A DNA stretch of 64,000 nucleotides from Klebsormidium nitens (lineage: Eukaryota; Plantae; Klebsormidiophyceae). Positions 1 through 10,800 of this stretch are shown here, one piece after another. The DNA is taken from NCBI GenBank assembly GCA_000708835.1, contig DF237268.1, positions 1-64,000 on the forward strand. The letters are read 5' to 3'. The notes under the pieces were generated by a model. The model did no database searches, was not told the DNA's origin, and saw only the letters and a list, made by a program, of their open reading frames with translations. The number at the start of each line of letters is the position of its first letter. Position 1 is the first letter of the stretch. Position numbers and translations under genes: made by a program.

Positions 1-3000
1 CTTCTCTTTTTCACCTAAAAACGCAACGGATCCGGAAATTGCGGAAATGTTGAAATGTTGAAATCAGTATCTCGCGATTTTTGTTTTGTTTATATATGAT
101 TTCAAAACGAGTACGAAAAGAATCCGCTTGACGGATTCTGAAGCTCGCCTCATTGTAGAGCGCAATATATAAGAAATATATTGCATCGATGTGTGTGGGT
201 GGGAGGGCGGCCCTGACTCTGACAGTGACGAGAGTGACTCCCATGGGCGCTGGGGAGGGCAAAAAGGGACCCCGTGCTGGTCACTTCCGGTACAATGCTT
301 CGCACAACCAACTTACAGCCTTTGGGGTCCGACCGATCTGCGCCCTCAGATTGACGAACTCAGCCGAGGGATGCATTCTAGACCGTCCAACCGACTAGAA
401 TTTTATTTATCGATTTACACGGCCGAAAAACGAAAGATTGAACTTCGGACACCCTCCGGCCCGGACAGGAAGAAGATGACCAAGAAGACCTGCTTCAGAG
501 AGCAACATTCAGGAGCTATTTGTCTTGACAAGGCGCCGGTAGCGACGTGATTTCGGCCATCAAAGCAGGGAAGCTTAGAAGGGAAGCGCCATATCAGCTT
601 GACACTGCAGTGGGCTTGAGTGGAGAAGATTTCCTGGCCAACGCAGCATGTGGAAGTGGTGCATGGCCTGCCTGCTCCCATGGTGTCAAATCTGACCCCC
701 AGACAATCTCTGCGGTGGCAAAGAGTCCTAACATTTTTCTTTTGCCTCCAAACTTTGGCCAGGACGGCAGGAGGGTACTCTGAACACTTTCACCGCAGAG
801 CTTTGCAAGATTCAAACCACAGCTCCTGCAGATAGGTCACCAATAGCAGCCATTGCCTCTGTTTTGCCCATCTGAGGATGTTAGCTTCTGCCCTTGTCTT
901 TAGCATGGTCAACAGCAGTAGTAAATAGGATGTGGAGGCTCAGGAAGCCTGGGGTGTTCTTCGCAAGTCAGCTGGACCTAAGTTTCTTGAAAGAGTGCAT
1001 TCCACAAACCAAGGATGTAAGTTCAAGGTTTTCTTATTGAAGGCCTTTGTTGTTTTCCATTGTTTTTGGTCAGGAAAATGCTTCATGGGCTGTGAGCATG
1101 GGCTATGACCCTTTCCTGTATGCAAAGCATGTAGGGTTTGATGTTCTGGAGAACGCTGCTGTTGCAGGAAGTTCACAGAGGTCTGAGTGCTGCATTTTGC
1201 AGATCTGTCAGGGATCGCAAGCATGTCCTTTGATTGAAATACGGAGGACCAGCACATACGTTGTCTGGGGACTTTGAATGTGGTTCTTTGTAGCATACTG
1301 CCTGGATGTGCTGACTGCGGGATAGCATCGATCCTAAGTCAAGGCTGTCCAGACGTCTAGGTTTTAAAAGAGTTTGTTCTCTGCAGCTTTGTCAGGTAGT
1401 GTCACTTCCGGCATCGCCTCTTCGTAGTGGATCAGAGGGTTGTCAGGATGATAGCGTACGATCACACTTGGATGTTTCGCGGGGTTTGCACTTTGCAAAG
1501 AGCACCGCTCAGCATTCTTTGATTGACCTAGGAGTCATGAAGGTACTTTACAAGTTGTTCGACAAGACAGCATAAGTTACTTCTGTCTTTTATTTGCCCC
1601 GGCGACTGTGCGTCTGAAAGAGTTCTGCTTCTTGGTTCAGGCTCGGTTGGGCCTGGCACGATAGCTGCAATTGTGCACCTGTTTGAAGCCTCTTGCATAA
1701 AGAGCCAGAACTCTGTCCATCTCATCCATGTTGAGATGAGGTTTTTGGCAGCCTACCGTGAGCTTGTCAGATGGTTCAGTAAGGTGACAACTATTGTGTA
1801 AAGGCTTTGTGAGGAAGAAATGTTTTCCATGATGATCACTTCACCGGTGGATGGTACCAATGGCTTCGGCCAACCCAGTTCGATCCTGGGGGTGAATCAA
1901 ATTGTCAACCTGCTGAAGCTTGTGACTCTTGATAGTGACACTGACAAAGCAATTCGAATGTGGTCAGAAGCAGTACTTTAAATGCACTGAATTAGTTTTC
2001 TGCAAAGACTGACAATCGAAACGATGACGAACAATTGCTATGCATATCTTCAGATCTATCATGGAGATACATTGAATGCACGCCTGCACAAATGGCTCAG
2101 TGATGCTGGCAGACATCATGACTCATGCCATGTCCAACCCGATGCTCTACCAGACTCATACGGATAGGTAGATCGGCACCAGGCAGTTCAGGCAAACAAA
2201 TCCTGGAAGGAAGCCATGATCTTCCTGATTCCTGGTCCCATGCCATGATCAAGCATTGCCAATGCTAGACAACACCAGTCTGTGGAGGCCCGAACGCACT
2301 CAAATCACGAAGGGGCGAATCGTCGAACTGAAAGCCCCGAGAATTGGCACATGTAAGTCGATGTCGATAGTACGATACCGTTTTGCCCGTGTCGGACCAA
2401 ATTTCAGCCGTGTCCGTCGGAATCCAGGAATATTTGTTCGGACGACCGTCCGAAGTTGGTTGTGCGAAGAGTAACGTTCCACAGTGCAATTCAACAGGTG
2501 TATAGAGCCCTACGGTAGGCCCCGGGTCACATCAAAGAAAAGAACGCAATGTATGACGCGTAATACCCAAAAAAACTGGGTACGTTAAACCGCTAGGTTA
2601 AGTTACACATCGTTGGCCGACGGGTTAGGCTAAAGGAAAGTCCGGTGTTGTTATAAGTTTCCCCTTAAGTTTTGGTTTCAGTAGAGCTTGATCGACCTGG
2701 CAAATCTGCAGCACGGCTTTAAAGTTTGCGGGAAAATTGGAATTGTGCATGCAGGCGATTTATAATGAATTTGGACATTCAAGTTTCTAGTTCAGGCATG
2801 CAAATGTACATTGAATTATTCTACAATTCAACAGAATTGGATAAGTTCACCCTAGATTTGATATGGGGATTTCACGGTTGTAAGACCTCTTATATGTCCC
2901 ACGTTATTGGCCCGTCCAATAGCGGCGGCGTCGTACACTGAGCTATATAGCAAACTTTTCTGCCGGGAGGACCCCACATGCCGGACATGTGGCCCTAGTG

Positions 3001-4164
3001 GACCATACCCTCAGCTAAAGCTCGCCCAGCTATCGATAAATCTATAGGCTCGAGCTATAAAAACGCATGCATGCGTAAGAAATCAAGAAATCATGCATTG
3101 GGCGTGACCCTGGTGATGAGTTTGAAGGTCAGTGTCGATCGAGAACAGGTTTATTCGAAGTATCAAACTTGATCAAACTTGCATGACAGAATGACATAGT
3201 TAAGCCATGCCAGGTTGCATGAAATTAAAGATAGCTGCGCCGGCCTATAGCTCATTAGCCCACCGGTACGTCATTAATTAATTGAGTATGTGCACGCACA
3301 CAACCTAGTGAAATTCAGTCATGGATTTCCGAAATATGTATATAGCTCATGCATGTATTATCACGCAAAATTAGCTTGGTTTTTTGATATGTACAGATGA
3401 TTGATGGTAATTGAATACGTAATAGATCAGTAAGGTCAGTAATTGGATGTGTGAGTCAAATGGCCCTAGTCGGCCAGCACTGCACGCTCGCTTTCAAGTT
3501 TGTGCTAGAGTATATGTATAAGCCAGGTTTCAAATCTTAAAACTGTTGTCAGAAAATTTCTTGATCACATTGATTCAACTAGCACTTTTCCAATCATAGC
3601 ATCAAATGCAACGCTAAGGTCAATTAATCGGTTTTTTGCCAAGATCATGGGAGACTCTCAGTCTCATGGGAAGCACTTCGCGAAAACTTTTTCTGCCATG
3701 CCCGGCCTTGGAGGCTTCGAGTTTGACAGTGGTGTAGCTCCAAATGCGCAATTGCAGCGCCATCTAAAGTGGTGCGTATAATCAAAGGATACATGCATGC
3801 TTGAAACGAGTTTGGTGTTGTTGCTTATGCACCCAGCTTGAATTGCCTTACGTCGTGTCGTGTTCAGCAATGCGAACCTGTATACTCTATGCAACGGTGG
3901 TCGCTTGTCCAGCAGCCTGTCGGGGAAACGATGTACCTTTGAACACCTTGACTTAGAGCTCTACAAACATCAGCTTTTTCGGGGAGAGTACATACTCCAA
4001 AAAACGTGACAGAAAGAAGCTTCGATGCATAAATATGGCACATCCGCGTCTGACTCGGTGACCATCTGCCTCAAAGAGCCCTGCTTGGTAAAATAGAACA
4101 ACTATCATGCCAGTAGCAGTGGATGCAGCAAAAGAGCAAAGGCGAATTGAGAGAAGCCACTTAC

Positions 4165-6307
4165 CAGATGCTTCAACTCCTCGTAGGCAGCATCGTCTAT
4201 TCCCAGGGTTTTCAAGACTTGCGCAGCCGTAGCAGCCGTCTGATCAAGCAATCCAAGCAGCAAGTGTTCCGTCGTCACCTCCCCTTCTCCACCTGCTCTC
4301 AAAAGCAACCGGCCTAAATACTTTGAGCAAGTAATGGCCACAGGCAGAAGGGCTAGGCAACTGAAACAAGTTCCTGTATACATGATGTAGCACCCGTTTT
4401 TCGAGCAGGTGACATCACATCCTTCGAGCTTCTGAAACCTTAATTGCTCGAACTCAATGAATTGCGAGGGTAGCTGCTCTCAGTTACCTCTAGCCTGGAA
4501 CTCCCTAAAGCCAGCTATTACAATCGAGTGCACAAAACACCGTTGGCAAGGGGTCTCAAGTGGACAATGAAGTGCCGCCTTCGGTAACCACTTCAAGAAG
4601 AGAGAGGTTGACACGAGATTGCAATCCTTGCAAGTCTGCTTTGCTTCACCCTTCCAGCTGTTGTCCCTGACTCTTTGCGGCCAGAACTCTCTGGGCGAGC
4701 TTACTGTAGAGCTGAACATGCGCGCCACCCTGCTGCATGCTCTTGTTGCAAACGCAGGACTGGTCTAGCATAGCAACCCACCTGACAGAGTCTTCCGATA
4801 CGAGTGCGCGGCTTCTAGCGCCTTTTTCCCGGGCTCCGTGACAGGCGGGTGCTCGGGCGGGTTGTAGTACATGTCCCCCTTCCCCAGCAGCTTCACCGTC
4901 TCCTGCTTCACCTGCACCACGCACACGCCCAGCTTATGCTCGGCAGGCACCCTAGAAACAGCCTCGAGGGCCCTATATATACGCCTGTGATAGACCGAAG
5001 TCGTAGGAAAGCCTTGGCGGAAGTATGCTTAAACTCGATCAATCTCCAGCACATCCAGAAGCTGCCCTCTTTGCCGTCTTCAACTGTCCCAGATGCAGTC
5101 CGTTACTTACGGCGTACAGCGTGACGCCCTTGGTGCGCAGAAACCTGGCGGCTTTGCTGGTCCCCTCTGTGAGCATGCCCATGAGGAGCGCCTCCGTCCC
5201 GGTGGTGGCGTACTTGAGCTTGCGCGCCTCCAGCTCCGCCATGCCAAACGTCTTGATCAGCCGCGCGCTAAGCCTGGGGAGGACGCCACAAGCAAGGGGA
5301 TCTCACGGTGGCGCACTGGTGGATGCAGCAATCCAACAAGTCATGGGTTTCGATCATGCACTATACTTCCTGCCTAAGTGGGACTCGTCAAACATCCCGT
5401 CAAAAAGAACTCGTTGTCCCTGCGTTTAAGGGCCCCAGAATGCAGATTAGCTAGCTAGAAACAAGTGCTTTAAGTAAAAAAAAAGCAAGTTCTTTTCAAA
5501 AAGAACCTTCGCAGACTACATCTGCTCCAAATATTAGCAGCTCAATTGCGGTTCAGCAATCTGAGACACCTGACTGTAATGCCTGCGGCCAGTTAATATA
5601 CAGGGGCTGAATCCGACGCACCAGGTCCAAGTTACCCCGCTGGTTAGACGCAAGCCAGGCGTGCACAATAGATGAGTCACCAATCTGGCAAGTCTCTACT
5701 CACAGCGCCACTTGCTTCAGACTTTGATCAAGCCAAAATGATGGTATGGTGGTAAAGAAAATTTGCATTAAAATGATCCAGTTCAAACTAGATCGTGAAG
5801 GTATCCAAAAGGCAACAACAGCTTTGAAGTTCCGAAGAAAAGCATTCCTCCTGGATAAATTTAAAATCCTTCAAGGTGCAGGTTGCTATGTTTACCCGCT
5901 GAAGTTGAAGGTGACATCCGATGAGTACAGGTACAAACTTGAAGGTGATACCTGATGATTACAGGTACCATTCCACTATGGCGCTTCATCAAACACCACA
6001 CGACTTACCCTTTATACAAGCTGGGTTCACTCATTTGCACTCTCGCAGAACCGCATCTGCAGTCTGCTGTCGAACGCTGCCACTGACCACCACTCCCAAG
6101 GAAGGCCGTGTGCCGCTCGCTGACAATTCCAGCCCCTTGCAGACCTGAAAGAGGCTTACTCGATCGGGCTCGGGGCCGTTGCAGATATCCCTCACGGCAC
6201 ACAATCGGACTCACTGCTGGACAAGAGGACGACCCACGCCCGACATCGATGGCACCTGGGGCAATGGTGTACGGCCCCTGAGCAACCATCCGCGCTACAG
6301 ACGTCAT
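4165..6307 (-). CDS. CLPT: Chloroplast Clp protease accessory subunit ClpT (ClpT1/2-type, double Clp-N motif), spliced; last exon unresolved (probably about 3970-4080)
   Basis: Exons at about 6307-6009, 5273-5110, 4912-4775 and 4292-4165 join in frame. They give a transit-peptide-like N-terminus, then LSARLIKTFGMAELEARKLKYATTGTEALLMGMLTEG...VKQETVKLLGKGDMYYNPPEHPPVTEPGKKAL...GEVTTEHLLLGLL, matching plant ClpT. Confidence 0.88.
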
Positions 6308-6669
6308 CTTCACTGCTGCTACAACCTAAGTTGCCTTACAAAAGGCTGGAGACTCCGCCAGTGAGCGGAAGGAGGCGGCTAGAGCGCGCTACAATATGCA
6401 GACATGCAAGCGGAGTCCGACTACCGTGTGCAACAGTACAGTACCGTACTCCCAGAAGTCCCAAGCAGACGAGTCCACTTTGAAAAGTTGAGGACACTGG
6501 CACCAGGTGACTGCCCGTTCAGGACTTCGTCACTGCTCAAACTTCAAAGGCTGCGGTACAGGCCGGAACCCTACCGGCTTGGATGCTACGTGCCGGAGAC
6601 TGAGCTGAGTCAACACCGCTCGGGTTTAGACAGAGCCTAGAGGCCTGAGGTGTTCTCGAAAAATAAATA

Positions 6670-6982
6670 CCCGTTCTCCCCGGTGATGATTCCGAATAAA
6701 TGAATTAAATTATCTGCATTCGGAGAGTCAGAAATTCGGGTTTTGCATTTGGAAAGTGCAAATTCGGAAAAAGGTTAAACTTATCTAAAACGGGAGTTGA
6801 AAGCCAATTAAACCGCTAAAATCAGCCTTATTAAAACGTTAAAACCCTTCTCCTAGTGTAAATATAAGGCGTTCCAACTTCGGATTCTGTTCGGAATCAC
6901 CATAAATAACTCACCAGCTGTGGTCGGATTGTTGGAAAATATTTCCAGGAAATCCATTCGGAATTATCACCGGGGAGTAGGG
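6670..6982. mobile_element. 313-bp MITE, Tc1/mariner-like (TA flanks)
   Basis: Left end is CCCGTTCTCCCCGGTGATGATTCCGAAT; the reverse complement of the right end is CCCTACTCCCCGGTGATAATTCCGAAT. TA lies on both sides (6668-6669, 6983-6984). The interior is AT-rich and non-coding. Confidence 0.75.
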
Positions 6983-7800
6983 GTATGATTATCAGGCAGT
7001 GCTGCCGTTACCGAAGTAGACCGTACTCTGGCTGCCTGGATGCACAACTTCAAACTGATCATGTTCACAGTTCATTGACCTGAGGCTGGAGCCTGGGAGG
7101 GAGGGGTGGGGAGAATTGGAATACCTAATCTGAAACGAGCTTGCAAGCCAGTCAAGGCAGTCATTAACACGAGTTCGGAGCTCAACAACAGGTGCATGTC
7201 GGCAAAACGAGCTCGATTGGAAACATCTTGTCCGTCCGATGAAGTATGGGCAGTATTTCGAATTAAACCTACCGGTCTCGGCCGCCGTCACTCACTCGGA
7301 ACCCAAGTGGTCGGTACCGGCCGTAACCCAACGATGTGAACCGCGGTCTGTTTCAGCGCATGGTTTCAGGGGGTTTAGAGTACCTGCCTATATTGCCCCT
7401 TCCGAGTATGGAATCGAGCAATTTCCCCATGGCAGGCGGAACAGAGATACGAGATCCAATTCTCCCCACCCCCCTTCCCTGGAGGTCACTTGGGTGAAAT
7501 TGCCTTTGAACAGCACGTGTCACTCTCCACTGCACTGGTCAAGACTCATGAGAACTTTGTACAGTGAAACCAGTGCTCAGCTAACTTCGGAAAGGGTCAG
7601 CGAAAGCATGCCCATGATGCCCCGTGTTCAAAGTACTGAAGAACAACGCATAATTTGACATCAGCTTTGACAAGGCAAGGTGGTTCATCTGCCCGCGAAC
7701 TGACTCGCTTGTTTCTCGCGACAGTCGCGAGACTGCAATGCCAATCGGTATGCTGCAGTGTTGCAGTCGATGTAGGTGACGGCCCTAGGAGTGTAAAGAA

Positions 7801-10800
7801 ATGGCTACTTCTATGTGCTCTAGTCAGCATGCTGGGTGGAGCGCCATGCTTTGCCCCTCGCAAAGCAGCCCCTGGGCCAGCAGGCACGGTGAGCCTTTGT
7901 CAAGGAAGGCAACGCAGGTCCTGCTGGGTTTCACTAGGTGGCATTGTGTACCTTACCTGTACAACATCAGCTCCTGGCAGGAGCAAGGCTTGGATCTTGG
8001 TATGCTCAATCTTTAATACTTGCCTTGCCTGTTTGTGGTCCAGGTGTCGCGCTCATAAACCATTCACATGGAAGTCTTCACAAGAGCGCCGTGTTTTGCC
8101 ATAGAATGCTGGTAAGTTAGCAATTGCCCTCCTACTGTGTCAACATATATCTGAATTTATAGGACCTATAACAGCAAGTGAGTTGTCCTTTTCAGGATGA
8201 TTTTTTCCCCAACACTGCTTCGACATTGCTGATTTGGGGCTGTGGGGTGGTCTCCGGCATGGTGATACCGCCTATGCTCCAGGGGCTGCTTGCGCTTGTT
8301 CCTGCTGCTGTGTCTGTTTCTGGACAGCTATGCACCACCGCAGATTTGCACCACCCTGCCATCAGAGGCACTTGGGCACTCTGCCTCACACCAAGGCTCC
8401 AGAATTGGCTAGGGAGACAACCTGGCCTTATATGACAAGAGCATGTGCATCAGCAAAGTGCATATGTCCCGGCACAAGGCAGCCTATGTAACACGTTGCT
8501 CCTTCTAAGATCATGATCAGGGCCGTTTGTGTTGTTGACAGTGTAAGGCGCCCTACGCTGGGCAAGGAGCACGAGAAGCTGGAGACTGGTGGGGACTTGG
8601 TGTGGCAAGGTGCACGGCTACATTGCTGGCCGCTGTGCCTGTGCACACTTGTATCGGTGCCTGTTCACCCAGTCGGCCTGCAGGTGGGGCAAGGCAAATT
8701 GGCCGCCGGAGGAGCGTGCTTGGTGGAGCAGTGGGAATGGGGGCCGGAGAAGCGGGGCTCGAAGGAGATGGCAACGAGGACGGATGGGATGACGATGACG
8801 GCTGGGATGACGAGGATGGTGAATGGGAGGAGTACGGGGAGCTAGAGGAGGATGGGGGGGAATGGGGGGACGCAGAGTGGGAGGAGGAGGAGGACGATGA
8901 CCAGGGGGAGGCGGAGCAGGGGCAGGCTGCAGAGGCTGCCAGGCAAGAAGAAGGTGGGGAGGAGCAGCCGCCGGTTGAAGAAGGTGAGGATAGGGTGCGG
9001 TGTCCCCAGATTTTCTCAGTCCAACACAATGGAGCAAGATTAAGGTAATTGGTCATTTCATTCATTCTTGACCTTGATTATTGGTGATGTACATGGGTTT
9101 TTAGTGATATCGTACACGCTTGCGAAAGTCCTCGAGTGGAGAAAGCGCACAAAGTTGAAGAAAAGTTGCTCATGGCACTGTATGGTGATTCCTGTCGCTT
9201 CTGCTCCAGACCCGCTGGCCTCTCTCGCCATTGACTACTCCGTTCCCTTGGAAGAGGAGGCGTGGCCCGCTGTGGCCGCGCGCGTGGGCCAGCTGGACGC
9301 GCCCGCGCTGGTGCAGTGGCTGGAGGGGCAGCCGGACTGGGAGGCCGTACTGTGGCGCCTTGTGAACGTGCCCCCGGCAGATGGGCAGTGGACGCGCCAG
9401 GAGGCGGTGCGCCAGCGTCGGCGGTGGGTGAGCCAAGCGGAGGAGGGTGCCCTGGCCGCGGCTGCAGGCATCGAGCTGGAGCGCGACTTGGCGGAGGAGG
9501 GTGCGCAGGAACTGAGTACGGGTGCGCAGCAGGCGGGGAGCACTGCGGCAGAGGGACTGGCGGCAGCCTATCGGCATGTGGCGGACCGGCGTGCGCAGAG
9601 CAGCATGGGGCGGCTGATTGCGGGCACGCAGGCCGTGCTGGCGGTGGAGAGCAACAAGACGGTGGCCCAGCAGCTGTCGTACTACTACCGCGGCCTGCCG
9701 CAGTGGGTGGAGGACGAGGTGGCCCCGCAAGCCCTGGGGCCCGTGGCGCGCCAGGTGGCAGCTGTGGCGCAAAACGTGCAGCAGCAGATGGACGGCCTGT
9801 GCGGGGCCATGGAAGAGGAGCTGCGCACTGCGGTAAGGGGAGATTTACGGAGAGGCTGTGGAGAACGACAGAGATTGTTGCTCTTTCCATGAGCGCTTCC
9901 TTGTGATCCACAAGTGCATTGATCAGATGTCAGCCGCTTGGCTGCTTGAAGTGCCCGTCACGTATCCGCTTTGCCCGTGCTCTCAGGGCTGAGCTTCTTG
10001 AACGTCCTGTTTGGCATGAACTTTATGTCCCCTGAAGTGGTCAAGTAATCGCACTCACTGGGTGGCTCATACCGTGCTTGAAGCCTCGTCTTTCCATTGG
10101 GCGGCTCTAAAATGCCAACTACCTGGAGCGCCCCCATCGCATTTCAAGCAGGAATGAAGCCAGTAAACAAGTGTGTCCGAGAAAGCCGACTGTATTAGTG
10201 GCTGGCTTGCCACGGAGGGAGGAGAAGGAAGAAGGACAACAAGCCTCCATATTTTACCCAGCTCAAGCATGGACATGGCTGTTGGGGAGACCTTTTGCGT
10301 TGTTTCCAACCAGGCATATACCAGTTTATCTTTATCACAGCAACAGTGGGCTTCTGTTTCTTTTTAATGATGACCTGAACGGTGGCTGCTTAGCTCAGCC
10401 GAATCCGCCATGGCTGCTGTTGACGTCTGACCCAATTTGGAGAGTGCCGGAAGCAGAAAGTCTGCTGGGGGGGCAAAAGATGGTGTATTTTTGCTCAACA
10501 AAAGCACACAGCAAAACGTGGAGCCTGTGGGATGCCCTTTGCCGTTACTTTGACAGATTTGCTTCACTCTTTGTGTCCCAGCTGCAGAAGGGCTCGTGCT
10601 GGTAGCCACTGCGCTAGCACAGAGCTCCTTTGCAAAGACTCATCAGAGCAGGATTTGGGGTTCAAAGCGGTCGGATCCGTGTCCCTCGGTTTAGGCTGGG
10701 AATTCCGTGCATTTCTCCAGGTGCTTCAACCAGTTTTGACCGTCCAATCTGCATATGGACGAAGAGAAGTCCCTGTGCTGTCGATTTCTGATTCAACAGG

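Noticed and set aside
5907-5974. 34-bp imperfect tandem duplication and the 5746-5955 ORF
   Set aside because: Both lie inside ClpT intron 1; this is ordinary slippage with no coding support.
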